From Giesbergeria sp. (GTDB taxonomy: Bacteria > Pseudomonadota > Gammaproteobacteria > Burkholderiales > Burkholderiaceae_C), in the NCBI GenBank assembly GCA_052172715.1, contig JBQMQB010000001.1, positions 1 to 33,503 of the forward strand: a DNA stretch of 33,503 bases, written 5' to 3'. Under the pieces are notes generated by a model. It was not told where the DNA came from and did not search any database. It was given only the letters and a program-made list of their open reading frames with translations. This document shows, one piece after another, positions 8,986 to 18,541 of the stretch; position 1 is the stretch's first letter, and the number at the start of each line of letters is the position of its first letter. The position numbers were made by a program, and so were the translations under genes.

Positions 8986-10155
8986 ATGGTCAACCCCACC
9001 CTTTCCTGGACCGCTGCCGGCGGCGCCGTACACAGCGCCCCTTGGCGCAGCGCATCGGGCGCCAGCGCCCCGCGCCGGGTCGAACGGGTGGACGACACGC
9101 TGAGTGCCGACAGTGCCTACCGCTTCGCCTGTGCCGGCACCGGCATGCTGTGGCAGGGCGATTTCCAGAACGCGCGGCAATTGCTGCAGGCGCTCGCACG
9201 CCGTGCCGACAACAAGCCCCCCAAGGCCGCGGCCCGTGCTGTGGCCAAGGCCGCGGCTGCCAGCCCGCTGGACCGTTTCCATCTGCACCGCCAGGCGCAG
9301 TCGCAGCGCGCACGCACGCTGGGTACGCTGCTGATTGCTTTGGCGCCCGACTATTCCATTGACCTGCGCCGCGCGCCCGATTGGCGTGCTGCCATCACTG
9401 AAGCCTGGGGCCCTCCCACGGGCAAAGCCTGCGTGGCGTCGCTGCGCGAGCTGCTGGGCATTGTCGGCGCGCACGAATGGCGCAAAAAAGGCGTGGAAAT
9501 TGCCGCGCTGGGCGAGGCACCTGGCAACCGCATCCACCCGCACTACGGCGTGTTCTCGCCGGTGCGCGGCGAATACCTCGATCTGGTGGCGCGCCAGCCG
9601 CTGCCCAACGGCGCGGCACTGGCCTTTGATATCGGCACCGGCACCGGCGTGCTTGCGGCCTTGCTGGTGCGCCGCGGCGTGCAGAAGGTGATTGCCACCG
9701 AAAACGCGCCCCATGCGCTGGCCTGCGCCCGCGAGAACATCACGCGCCTGGGCCTTGCTGCCAAGGTAGAAGTACTCGACACCGATCTGTTTCCACCCGG
9801 CCGCGCGCCGCTCATCGTCTGCAACCCACCGTGGCTGCCAGCGCGGCCCAGTTCAGCGCTGGAACACGCCATTTACGACGAAGGCAGCAGCATGCTGCGC
9901 GGTTTTCTGTCCGGGCTTGGCGAGCATCTGGCACCGGGCGGCGAAGCCTGGCTGCTTCTGTCGGACCTGGCCGAGCACCTAGGCCTGCGCACACGCGAGG
10001 AGCTAGAGGGGTGGATTGCGGAGGCTGGCCTGACAGTGCTGGACCGCACCGACGTGCGCCCGCAGCACCCCAAAGTGCACGACGTTGAAGACCCACTGCA
10101 TGCCGCCCGCGCAGCGGAAGTGACCTCGCTCTGGCGCCTTGCTGTGGGTGTTTGA
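8986..10155 (+). CDS. Class I SAM-dependent methyltransferase (methyltransferase-small type)
   Basis: FDIGTGTG SAM motif and CNPPW catalytic motif. Confidence 0.88.
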   Translation: MVNPTLSWTAAGGAVHSAPWRSASGASAPRRVERVDDTLSADSAYRFACAGTGMLWQGDFQNARQLLQALARRADNKPPKAAARAVAKAAAASPLDRFHLHRQAQSQRARTLGTLLIALAPDYSIDLRRAPDWRAAITEAWGPPTGKACVASLRELLGIVGAHEWRKKGVEIAALGEAPGNRIHPHYGVFSPVRGEYLDLVARQPLPNGAALAFDIGTGTGVLAALLVRRGVQKVIATENAPHALACARENITRLGLAAKVEVLDTDLFPPGRAPLIVCNPPWLPARPSSALEHAIYDEGSSMLRGFLSGLGEHLAPGGEAWLLLSDLAEHLGLRTREELEGWIAEAGLTVLDRTDVRPQHPKVHDVEDPLHAARAAEVTSLWRLAVGV

Positions 10156-10157
10156 GT

Positions 10158-10212
10158 TGCTATAAAAAATGGAGCTGTTGGCGCTTGCTAGATAAGCGCT
10201 AACAGCCATTTT
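10158..10212 (+). repeat. AT-rich palindromic intergenic repeat, best-preserved copy
   Basis: TGCTATAAAAAATGGAGCTGTTGGCGCTT-GCTAGAT-AAGCGCTAACAGCCATTTT; 13-bp stem with one G-U pair. Confidence 0.8.
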
Positions 10213-10216
10213 CCCC

Positions 10217-11281
10217 ATGAATTTCGAGCCTCCTGCGGCCCCAACGCCGCCGCCGCTGCTGCTGCTGGCCCCCATGGAAGGGCTGCTCGATTTTGTGCTG
10301 CGCGACATCCTCACCCGCATCGGCGGGGTGGACCGCTGTGTGTCCGAGTTCATCCGCATCACCGGCACGCTGCTGCCCGACAAGGTGTTCCTGCGCTATG
10401 TGCCCGAGCTTCAGAACGGCGGGCGTACCCTGGCCGGTACGCCGGTGCGCGCGCAGCTGTTGGGTTCTGACGCTGTCTGCATGGCCGAGAACGCCGCCGC
10501 GCTTGCGGCGCTCGGCCCCGAAGGCATTGATCTCAATTTTGGTTGCCCCGCTCAGGTGGTCAACCGCCACGGCGGTGGCGCGGCGCTGCTGCGTGAGCCA
10601 GATCGCATTGCACAGGTGGTCGCCGCGGTGCGGCGCGCTGTGCCTGCGCATGTGCCGGTATCGGCCAAGATGCGCCTGGGCTACGACGACACCGCGCTGG
10701 CGCAAGATTGCGCCCGCGCCATGGCGGACGCCGGTGCCTGCGAAATTGTGGTACACGCGCGCACCAAGCAAGATGGCTACCGCCCGCCGGCCTACTGGGA
10801 GCAGATTCCGGCCATCCGCGCCGCGGTGCGCGTGCCGCTGGTGGCCAATGGTGAAATCTGGACGCTGCAAGATGCGCTGCGCTGCCGCGCTGTGTCTGGC
10901 TGCGAGGCGCTCATGCTGGGGCGTGGCATGGTGGCCTACCCAGGGCTTGCGCTGGCGCTGCGTGGGCACGACGCTGGGTATGCAGGCACTGCCCGCGAGC
11001 CGCTGCCTTGGACCGCGATGGCGCCGCATTTGCTTGATTTCTGGCTACTGGTCTGCACGCACCTTGACGCAGGCCAGCGTGCCGGGCGGGTGAAGCAGTG
11101 GCTCAATTTGCTGCGCCGACGCTACCCCGAAGCACAAATGGCGTTTGACACGGTGCGCGTGCTGACCGTGCAGCAGGCAGTGGGCGATGCGCTGGCACGC
11201 ATTGCGCAGCAGGCAGGTGAGGTCACAGCAAATGGTCCGGCGCCAGTGGGCCCAGCAGGTAGAGCAGAAGTCGCAGCATAA
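10217..11281 (+). CDS. dusC: tRNA-dihydrouridine synthase C
   Basis: LAPMEG, CVSEFIR, QLLG, IDLNFGCP, SAKMRLG, VHARTK.DGY.PP, ANGEIW, MLGRG. Confidence 0.9.
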   Translation: MNFEPPAAPTPPPLLLLAPMEGLLDFVLRDILTRIGGVDRCVSEFIRITGTLLPDKVFLRYVPELQNGGRTLAGTPVRAQLLGSDAVCMAENAAALAALGPEGIDLNFGCPAQVVNRHGGGAALLREPDRIAQVVAAVRRAVPAHVPVSAKMRLGYDDTALAQDCARAMADAGACEIVVHARTKQDGYRPPAYWEQIPAIRAAVRVPLVANGEIWTLQDALRCRAVSGCEALMLGRGMVAYPGLALALRGHDAGYAGTAREPLPWTAMAPHLLDFWLLVCTHLDAGQRAGRVKQWLNLLRRRYPEAQMAFDTVRVLTVQQAVGDALARIAQQAGEVTANGPAPVGPAGRAEVAA

Positions 11282-13022
11282 GGCTGGTGTCGGGCTCGTG
11301 GCGCATGTCGACCAGATCGCTTCCCTCGGGCGCGTGCCAGACAAGGCCGTGCTCGTCCTGCTCCACATGCCACGCGAGTTCGCGCAGGCCGGTTTCAATT
11401 TGCGTCGTGGCGAGCTGTGAGAGCCTGCGGCTGCGGATCAGCAGGGCAATTTCAGTGTTTTGCAGCTCCGAGCGCAGGTCCAAATTCATCGAGCCAATGA
11501 CAAGCATGCGACTGTCCATCACCATGATTTTGGAATGCAGCATGGCGCGCGAGCTGCCACTGGAGCCTGATAGTCCCATGGCGCTGCGCACTCCGGCCAG
11601 CTCGCTGCGCATTTCGTAGAGTTCCACGCCCAGCGCCAGTAGTGCTTCGCGGTGGCCCATGTAGCCGGCATGCGCTATGGGCGCGTCGTTAGAAGCCAGA
11701 GAATTGGTTAGCACGCGCACGCGAATGCCGCGGGCACGGGCGTCTGCAAAGGCTTTCATGATGTCTTTGCCAGGCACAAAGTAGGGCGAGACGATGAGCA
11801 AATCTTGCTGTGCCTGGCCCATGAGCTGGAGCAGACCATCGACCACGGTGTCTCCGCTCGCTTCGCTTTGTACACTCGGTTTGGCCTGAGGCGCACCGCG
11901 CTGTATGTTGGCGACTGCCGCCCGAGGCGTTTGGGCAGCTGGTGCTTGTGCTGCGGCGAGCGAATTTTCTGTCGGCACGTCAGCAGTAGCGGACGCTGCG
12001 ACGGTGTCTGAATCCGTGTTCCGTGGTGTGGCCGGGTCCGCGCCTTCTGCAGCAATTTTTGCCGGCTTGTCCGCGAGCACTACAGCGGGAGCCCAGATGA
12101 ATCGCGCTGCATTGAGGTCCATGGCCTTGAACTCTGCGACGCGTTGCTTCTGTTCTGCTTTGACCTCCCGATTGGTGGGCGCGGGCGAATTTGTTGCTGC
12201 CGCCTCCGGACGTTCAGTCTTGGTGCTGTCGGCCGGTTCGTCGGCCTTGGCGTCGTCTTCGGAGCGGAACTGTTCCCGCATCTTGAGCAGGTCCTCTTTG
12301 CTGATCAGCGACTGAACGGGGTAAGCACGCTCGTTGTTCCAATAGCTGTCAAAGCTGCCTGAGAGGTCGGCGACGATGGGGCCGACGGCCAGCACGTCCA
12401 AGTCGACGAAGTTCCCAGCCTTGGCATTGCCAAAATAGGCGTCGCCCAAATTGCGGCCGCCGGTGATCCCCATGGCGTTGTCGGCAATGAAGAGTTTGTT
12501 GTGCATGCGCTGTTGGGCGCGCGAAAAGTCCAGTACTGCGCTGGCGATTCGACCTAGCTTGGAGGCGCGTGGCCCCGCTACCGGGTTGAACATGCGCATC
12601 TCAATGTTGGGTTCAAAGGCGAGGCGCATGACCTGCGCGTCGCGCCCGGTGCTGTGAAAATCGTCCAGCAGCACGCGCACGCGCACGCCGCGCCGTGCGG
12701 CCGCCACTACGCTGCGCAGCAGGCGTGCCGTGCTGGCGTCGGCGTGAATGGCGTAGTACTGCAGGTCGAGCGTCTTTTCGGCTGCTTGGGTCAGCGCCAG
12801 ACGGCTTCCAAAGGCCTCATCTGGGCCGCTCAGCAGCAGGAAGCCCGAGCTGTGTCGTGACCTTGCGGCATCGTGGCGCTGCAGGATGCTGGCGCCCAGC
12901 GTGGTACTGACCGACGTTTCGAGCGCATGCGAGACCGGGCGGACCACATCCTGTGGCAAGCCCCCGCAGGCGACCAGCAGCGTGCACAGGCCAAGGGAGA
13001 GAAAAGAGTGGTGAAATGTCAT
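11223..13022 (-). CDS. Phospholipase D family lipoprotein (ClsC/YmdC-like)
   Basis: Two HKD motifs (MHNKLFIAD, LHSKIMVMD), GGRNLGDAYF, GSMNLDLRS; lipobox LLVAC; start moved to ATG 13022. Confidence 0.88.
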   Translation of the reverse strand: MTFHHSFLSLGLCTLLVACGGLPQDVVRPVSHALETSVSTTLGASILQRHDAARSRHSSGFLLLSGPDEAFGSRLALTQAAEKTLDLQYYAIHADASTARLLRSVVAAARRGVRVRVLLDDFHSTGRDAQVMRLAFEPNIEMRMFNPVAGPRASKLGRIASAVLDFSRAQQRMHNKLFIADNAMGITGGRNLGDAYFGNAKAGNFVDLDVLAVGPIVADLSGSFDSYWNNERAYPVQSLISKEDLLKMREQFRSEDDAKADEPADSTKTERPEAAATNSPAPTNREVKAEQKQRVAEFKAMDLNAARFIWAPAVVLADKPAKIAAEGADPATPRNTDSDTVAASATADVPTENSLAAAQAPAAQTPRAAVANIQRGAPQAKPSVQSEASGDTVVDGLLQLMGQAQQDLLIVSPYFVPGKDIMKAFADARARGIRVRVLTNSLASNDAPIAHAGYMGHREALLALGVELYEMRSELAGVRSAMGLSGSSGSSRAMLHSKIMVMDSRMLVIGSMNLDLRSELQNTEIALLIRSRRLSQLATTQIETGLRELAWHVEQDEHGLVWHAPEGSDLVDMRHEPDTSLMLRLLLYLLGPLAPDHLL

Positions 13023-13154
13023 GGACGCTTGTGGGCCCTGCGCCGACAACACCCACGGTGTTGAATTTCGGTTTCACGTAAGCCCATGTAAGCGTAGCGC
13101 GAAGGCGAAGCCAAACGCGTCGGACACCGCGCCGCCCGTGCGGGCGGCCTTTGC

Positions 13155-14357
13155 CTACCAACTTGCTTCGCGCTCAGGCGTGGCGCTGATGCGGTGGATG
13201 GAGAGGTCGGCGCCGTCGAACTCCTGCTCGCGTGTCAGGCGCAGGCCCAGCGTGGCCTTGAGCACGCCATAGACCACGGTGCCGCCCAGCAGCGCCCAGG
13301 CCACGCCCAGGCCCGTGCCCAACACTTGCGCACCGAGCGCCACCCCGCCCATTCCGCCCAGCGCCTTGCTGCCAAAGATGCCTGCTGCAATGCCGCCCCA
13401 GGTACCGCACAGGCCGTGCAGCGGCCACACGCCCAGCACGTCGTCGATCTTCCAGCGGTTCTGCGTGAGGGTGAACATCGACACAAACAGCGCTCCGGCG
13501 ACTGCGCCCACCACCAGTGCGCCCAGCGGGTGCATCACATCTGAGCCGGCGCACACGGCAACCAGCCCGGCGAGCGGGCCGTTGTGCACAAAGCCGGGGT
13601 CGTTCTTGCCCAGCGCAAGTGCCGCGAGCGTGCCGCCCACCATGGCCATAAGCGAATTCACGGCGACGAGGCCCGAGATTTTCGAAAGCTGCTGCGCGCT
13701 CATCACGTTGAAACCAAACCAGCCGACGATGAGAATCCAGGCGCCGAGCGCCAAGAACGGAATGTTCGAGGGCGGGTGCGCCGAGACTGCGCCGTCCTTG
13801 CGGTAGCGGTTGGCGCGCGAGCCCAGCAGCAGCACGGCGGGCAGGGCGATCCAGCCGCCCATGGCGTGCACCACGATGGAGCCGGCAAAATCGTGGAACT
13901 CGGCCCCGCTCACCTGGGCGATCCAGGCCTGAATGCCGAAATGGCCGTTCCAGGCGATACCTTCAAAAAATGGGTACACCAAGCCGACAATGACGGCGGT
14001 TGCAATCAGCTGGGGCCAAAAGCGTGCGCGCTCTGCGATGCCGCCAGAGATGATGGCCGGAATTGCTGCGGCAAAGGTCAGCAAAAAGAAAAAGCGCACC
14101 AGACCGAAGCCGCTTTGCTGCACCAGTTGGTCTGCACCCACAAAAAAGTGCGTGCCGTAGGCCACTCCGTAGCCCACAAGGAAATACACCACGGTGGATA
14201 CCGAAAAATCCACCAGAATTTTCACCAGGGCGTTCACCTGGTTCTTTTTGCGCACCGTTCCCAGCTCCAGAAAGGCAAAACCGGCGTGCATGGCCAGCAC
14301 CATGATGGCACCGAGCAGGATGAAGAGCGTGTCGGTGCTCTGTTGGATGGCGTCCAT
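13155..14357 (-). CDS. amt: Ammonium transporter (Amt family)
   Basis: DFAGSIVVH and WPLHG twin-His, GWFGFN, NGPLAGLVA, DDVLG; start moved to ATG 14357. Confidence 0.93.
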   Translation of the reverse strand: MDAIQQSTDTLFILLGAIMVLAMHAGFAFLELGTVRKKNQVNALVKILVDFSVSTVVYFLVGYGVAYGTHFFVGADQLVQQSGFGLVRFFFLLTFAAAIPAIISGGIAERARFWPQLIATAVIVGLVYPFFEGIAWNGHFGIQAWIAQVSGAEFHDFAGSIVVHAMGGWIALPAVLLLGSRANRYRKDGAVSAHPPSNIPFLALGAWILIVGWFGFNVMSAQQLSKISGLVAVNSLMAMVGGTLAALALGKNDPGFVHNGPLAGLVAVCAGSDVMHPLGALVVGAVAGALFVSMFTLTQNRWKIDDVLGVWPLHGLCGTWGGIAAGIFGSKALGGMGGVALGAQVLGTGLGVAWALLGGTVVYGVLKATLGLRLTREQEFDGADLSIHRISATPEREASW

Positions 14358-14420
14358 AGGGTCCTTGGGTGCAGCACTGGGCAAGCGAAGGGCGCCCCAG
14401 CGGCGCCATGCACCTCTTTG

Positions 14421-14436
14421 AGCAAAAACTGCGCCA
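14421..14436 (-). promoter_or_regulatory. Sigma54 -24/-12 promoter of amt
   Basis: Minus strand TGGCGCAGTTTTTGCT = GG-N10-GC, close to TGGCAC-N5-TTGCW. Confidence 0.85.
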
Positions 14437-14495
14437 GACTGGGACAGTGCCTGACGGGCCTTTTCGTGCGCTCCATGCACCCGATCGAACACCCG

Positions 14496-14533
14496 TGCAC
14501 CACCTGCGTGCACTCCTGCACGCACCTGATGCA
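14496..14533. promoter_or_regulatory. Tandem NtrC-type enhancer sites
   Basis: TGCAC-CACCTGC-GTGCA (14496-14512) and TGCAC-GCACCTG-ATGCA (14517-14533), 21 bp apart, upstream of the sigma54 site. Confidence 0.75.
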
Positions 14534-14534
14534 G

Positions 14535-14566
14535 AAAAAAAACCGGCGCCCTTGCGGTGCGCCGGT
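14535..14566 (-). terminator. Intrinsic terminator of proVWX
   Basis: ACCGGCGC/GCGCCGGT stem followed by a T-tract on the minus strand. Confidence 0.85.
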
Positions 14567-14568
14567 AA

Positions 14569-14622
14569 TGCTATTGAATAAATAGCTATAGATGCTTCAT
14601 GGATAAGCGATAGAGCCAAATT
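14569..14622 (+). repeat. AT-rich palindromic intergenic repeat copy
   Basis: TGCTATTGAATAAATAGCTATAGATGCTT-CATGGAT-AAGCGATAGAGCCAAATT aligns by eye with the 10158 copy. Confidence 0.75.
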
Positions 14623-14636
14623 ACTCTATAAGAACC

Positions 14637-15650
14637 CTATTTCACTGCGGCGCGTGCCTGTGCCAGCCAGCTGTCGAAGGTTTTCTGGTTCGCTTTGATC
14701 CAGCTCTCGGTGTGGCGGGTGATGTCGGCGGCGCTGTTCTCGCCTTGCGCCATGCGGTTGTTTTGTGCGTTGATGTCGTTGATCGACAATTGCATCACTT
14801 CAAACAGCTTGCCAGCGGCGGGGTTCTTCTCTGTGAATGCCTTGTTGGCCACGATCTGCTGCTTGTTCACCACGAAGCCGTAGTTTTTGCCATTTGGCAG
14901 CTTGGTGTCGAGCTTGCCCTGCTCGCCGGGCAGCGAGGAGAACGGCACCTCCAGCCAGACCACGTCCTTGCCAGGCTTGAGCTGTGCGCTCACCCAGTAC
15001 GGCGTCCAGGTGTAATAGAACACTGGCTTGCCCGCCTTGAAGCGCGTAATGGTGTCGGCAATCAGCGCCGAGTAGCTGCCTTGCTGGTGCGTCACCGTGT
15101 CGCGCAGCTTGAAGGCGGTGAGCTGGTGCTCGATGACGGCTTCGCAGCCCCAGCCGGGCGTGCAGCCGGTCAGGTCGGCCTTGCCGTCGCCATCGGAGTC
15201 AAACAGCTTGGCGATTTTCGGGTCGGTGAACTGGGCGATGTTGGTGATCTTGTACTTGTCGGCGGTCTTTTTGTCGATCAGGTAGCCCTGTGCGGCATTG
15301 TCCGAATACACGCCTTTGCGTGCGAGCTTGTCGTCGCCACCGGCGTTCTTGTAGAAGTCGGCGTGCATGGGGTTCCAGTGGTCGGCCATGAAGGTGGCAT
15401 CGCCATTGGCAATGGCGATGTGCGCCGTGGGGTACTCCACTTCCTTGATCGGTTTGACGTCGTAGCCAAGCTTTTCCAGCGCCTTCATGACCAGCTCGGT
15501 CTGGAAGGTTTCTTCGGCAATTGAGCTTTTGAGCGGCTGGACTTCGATGCCTTTGCCGGGCAGTGACTCAGCGCTGGCGGCTCCGGCCAGACCGAACGCC
15601 AGTGCGGTCGCGGCGACCAGGCGATGGATGTTGAAGGGGGTTGCGTACAT
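14637..15650 (-). CDS. proX: Glycine betaine/proline ABC transporter substrate-binding protein
   Basis: [28 protein letters not shown]; signal peptide; AAGGAG RBS before ATG 15650. Confidence 0.95.
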   Translation of the reverse strand: MYATPFNIHRLVAATALAFGLAGAASAESLPGKGIEVQPLKSSIAEETFQTELVMKALEKLGYDVKPIKEVEYPTAHIAIANGDATFMADHWNPMHADFYKNAGGDDKLARKGVYSDNAAQGYLIDKKTADKYKITNIAQFTDPKIAKLFDSDGDGKADLTGCTPGWGCEAVIEHQLTAFKLRDTVTHQQGSYSALIADTITRFKAGKPVFYYTWTPYWVSAQLKPGKDVVWLEVPFSSLPGEQGKLDTKLPNGKNYGFVVNKQQIVANKAFTEKNPAAGKLFEVMQLSINDINAQNNRMAQGENSAADITRHTESWIKANQKTFDSWLAQARAAVK

Positions 15651-15685
15651 GAACGACTCCTTGCGGTTGAAAAATGGTAAGGCCT

Positions 15686-16948
15686 TCATCCGTGTGCGGA
15701 CGAAGGTTCGCTATGTATGGCGTCCGGTGCTGTGGCGGCGGCTGGCGTGGATGGGGTAGGGCGCACTAGGCGCAATACCAATCCGGTCGGGCCGGTCTGC
15801 CACCAGTGGCGCACACCGCGGCGCGGCTGGCCCATGGCTTGGGTGATGCGGTCCAGCGTGATGGCCAGCAGCACAATGCCCAGGCCCCCCACGGTGGCCA
15901 GGCCCATGTCGAGTCGGCCAATGCCGCGCAGCACCATTTGGCCGAGGCCCCCCACGGCAATCATGGAGGCGATGACCACCATTGACAGTGAGAGCATCAG
16001 CGACTGGTTGATGCCGGCCATCACTGAGGGCATGGCCAGCGGCAGCTGCACCTTGAGCAGCATTTGCATCGGTGAGGCGCCGTAGGCACGCCCGGCCTCG
16101 ATCAGGTCGGGCCGCACCTGGCGGATGCCCAAGTTGGTCAGGCGCACCAGCGGTGGCAGTGCGAACACGATGGTGACGATGACGCCGGGCACGTTGCCAA
16201 TGCCAAACAGCATCACGACCGGCACCAGGTACACGAAGGCCGGTGTGGTCTGCATGGCGTCCAGGAAGGGGCGCATGATGTTTTGCGCCCGATCGCTGGA
16301 TGCGAGAAAGATGCCCAGGGGCAACCCAATAACAACGCAGAACACCAGCGAAGTGAGCACCAACGAGAGCGTCACCATGGCTTCGGGCCAAATGCCCAGC
16401 ATGGCGACGACCAACAGCGACACCACGGCGCCCACGGCAATCAATCGCCCGGCAAATTGCCAGGCCAGCAGGCCAAGCAAGGCAATCATGGCCAGCGCAG
16501 GAATACTGGTGAGCAGACTTTCAACCCAGGAGAGCGTGCCGTCAATTGGCACGCGCACCGTCTGGAAGAAGGGGCGAAAGTTCTGCACCACCCACGCCAG
16601 GCCATGGTTGATCCAGGCCTCTATGGCAAGTGAGCCGTCCCACAGCTGGTGCAGTGCAAAGCCGGTGCTTTGGCCTGCACCATCGATTTGTCCGGCCAAG
16701 GCGTCGTGCGCGTTGGCCGGAGCATCGAGCCAACTGCCGACAGCCGAAGGGTCGGCGGCGGTGGTTGATGTGCCCCAGGCGTCGGCATCAGGCGGCGCCG
16801 TTGCAGCGGCCGAAGGGGCTGACGTGCCATCCCAGGACGATGGTGCCAGAGATGCGGCGTCGCCGCCCGTCGCCCAGGGATTGGTGTCTGCAGCGGGCGC
16901 CAGCGGCATATCGGGTGCCGGCTGTTCGGTCACAGCGGATTCGTTCAT
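15686..16948 (-). CDS. proW: Glycine betaine/proline ABC transporter permease
   Basis: [18 protein letters not shown] loop ([10 protein letters not shown]), [16 protein letters not shown]. Confidence 0.95.
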   Translation of the reverse strand: MNESAVTEQPAPDMPLAPAADTNPWATGGDAASLAPSSWDGTSAPSAAATAPPDADAWGTSTTAADPSAVGSWLDAPANAHDALAGQIDGAGQSTGFALHQLWDGSLAIEAWINHGLAWVVQNFRPFFQTVRVPIDGTLSWVESLLTSIPALAMIALLGLLAWQFAGRLIAVGAVVSLLVVAMLGIWPEAMVTLSLVLTSLVFCVVIGLPLGIFLASSDRAQNIMRPFLDAMQTTPAFVYLVPVVMLFGIGNVPGVIVTIVFALPPLVRLTNLGIRQVRPDLIEAGRAYGASPMQMLLKVQLPLAMPSVMAGINQSLMLSLSMVVIASMIAVGGLGQMVLRGIGRLDMGLATVGGLGIVLLAITLDRITQAMGQPRRGVRHWWQTGPTGLVLRLVRPTPSTPAAATAPDAIHSEPSSAHG

Positions 16949-16958
16949 GGAATGTCTT

Positions 16959-18206
16959 TCAGTGGGCGAGGGTCGCCGCGGCTTGCGGGGCAGCGATGGC
17001 TTCGATAGGTGGGGTGTCGCGGTCGAGGAACTTGAGCAGCGTGGTCTTGCTGATCACGCCGGCCAGGCGCCCGTCGCCCTTGACCACCGGTACCGCGCAG
17101 GGTGCATGCGCCACCTGGCCAAACAGGTCGGCCACGGGGGCGTCGGCAGCGATGGGCTCAAGGCCGGTCAAAAAAGCGTGCTGCAGCCCAAGTGGGCCCT
17201 GGTGACCGTCGAGCGCGCTGCGCAGTGAATCGGCCGATACGGCACCCAGGTAATTGCCTCGGGTGTTGACGATATAGGCGAAGTCGCGGTCGTCGTTTTG
17301 GATCAGCTTGAGCGCGGCGCGTGAACCACGGTCGTGGTGCTCGGAGACGATGGTCAGTGGCCGACGCACGATGTCGCCTGCCTTGAAGACGGCGGCGGCA
17401 TCTACACCGCGCACGAAGTTGCGCACGTAGTCGTCTGCTGGGTTGCGCAGGATTTCGTCCGGTGTTCCCACCTGCACGACCTGGCCGTCTTTCATGATGG
17501 CGATGCGGTCACCGATGCGCATGGCCTCGTCCAGGTCGTGCGAAATGAAGACCACGGTGCGGCGCTTGATCTGTTGCAGGCGCAGTAGTTCGGTCTGCAT
17601 TTCGGTACGGATGATCGGGTCCAGCGCCGAGAAGGCCTCGTCCATGAGCAGGATGGACGGGTCGGAGGCGAGCGCCCGCGCCAGTCCCACGCGCTGCTGC
17701 ATACCGCCTGACAACTCGTCAGGGTAACTGGCGCCCCAGCCGTCCAGCCCAACTTGCTCCAGTGCCTTCGCCGCCTGCGCTTGGCGCTCTGCCCGGTCTA
17801 CGCCAGCCAGCTCCAGGCCAAAGGCCGTGTTGTCCAGCACGGTCATGTGCGGCATGAGCGCGAAGGACTGAAACACCATGCTGATGTCCTTGCGGCGTAG
17901 GGCACGCAGCTGTGCGTCAGATAGTTTGCCCATGTCCACGCCGTCCACCAGGATGCGTCCGGCCGTGGGTTCTATGAGGCGGTTGAGTAGGCGGACCAGG
18001 GTCGACTTTCCGGAGCCGGACAGCCCCATGACGACAAAGATTTCGCCCGGTTCGATGGTGAAGTGCGCATCAAAAACGCCAATCGACTGTCCGGTGCGGG
18101 CAAGAATTTCTTGCTTACTGCAACCTTGGCGCACCAGTTCCAGTGCGGCCTGTGGTGTGTCGCCGAACACCTTGAAAGCGTGTTCGATGGTGATCTGTTT
18201 GGCCAT
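16959..18206 (-). CDS. proV: Glycine betaine/proline ABC transporter ATPase
   Basis: [30 protein letters not shown]-terminal CBS region; AGGAG before ATG 18206. Confidence 0.95.
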   Translation of the reverse strand: MAKQITIEHAFKVFGDTPQAALELVRQGCSKQEILARTGQSIGVFDAHFTIEPGEIFVVMGLSGSGKSTLVRLLNRLIEPTAGRILVDGVDMGKLSDAQLRALRRKDISMVFQSFALMPHMTVLDNTAFGLELAGVDRAERQAQAAKALEQVGLDGWGASYPDELSGGMQQRVGLARALASDPSILLMDEAFSALDPIIRTEMQTELLRLQQIKRRTVVFISHDLDEAMRIGDRIAIMKDGQVVQVGTPDEILRNPADDYVRNFVRGVDAAAVFKAGDIVRRPLTIVSEHHDRGSRAALKLIQNDDRDFAYIVNTRGNYLGAVSADSLRSALDGHQGPLGLQHAFLTGLEPIAADAPVADLFGQVAHAPCAVPVVKGDGRLAGVISKTTLLKFLDRDTPPIEAIAAPQAAATLAH

Positions 18207-18385
18207 GAATATGGGTCTCCTTGACGGGACGACTTTTCCGGCACGTGGCGTGCGTTGGTCGTCGAGCCAGCTTCCGCAATGTGCGAAGCGGGGCAGGCGG
18301 GCTACTGGGACAGGTTTTCGGCGAAACGAGAACCCGATGCCAGTGGCTGGCAGGGAACTCCGGCTCACCCGTGCAGTGGGCTGGA

Positions 18386-18414
18386 GAAAGAAAAAGCACG
18401 CCGTTGGCGTGCTT
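18386..18414 (-). terminator. Intrinsic terminator within the proV upstream region
   Basis: Minus strand AAGCACGCC-AAC-GGCGTGCTT-TTTCTTTC. Confidence 0.8.
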
Positions 18415-18490
18415 ACGAAGTTCCGGCTTGGAGCGCACAGTTGGCGTCTAGCCGGGATTACCTGCTAATCAGGTTGTAAAACACTACAAA

Positions 18491-18520
18491 ATTATACGAA
18501 TTATGATAATTTGAGTAACA
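18491..18520 (-). promoter_or_regulatory. Probable sigma70-type promoter facing proV
   Basis: Perfect TATAAT at 18496-18491 in an AT-rich patch; -35 is weak. Confidence 0.55.
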
Positions 18521-18541
18521 ACACAAGGTATTCTGGATGTG

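Noticed and set aside
13131-13148. GC hairpin after the amt stop
   Set aside because: No U-tract on the coding strand, so it cannot be called a terminator
16650-16948. Long acidic Trp-punctuated N-terminal tail of ProW
   Set aside because: E. coli ProW has a comparable NPW/DAW-containing tail, so this is a known feature
18115-18438. 107-aa ORF across the proV leader
   Set aside because: No SD, crosses the terminator, overlaps proV out of frame, and composition is not protein-like
18395-18460. SAH-riboswitch-like words (GGAGCG, CAACGGCG) in the proV leader
   Set aside because: They lie on opposite strands and the required pseudoknot pairing is absent
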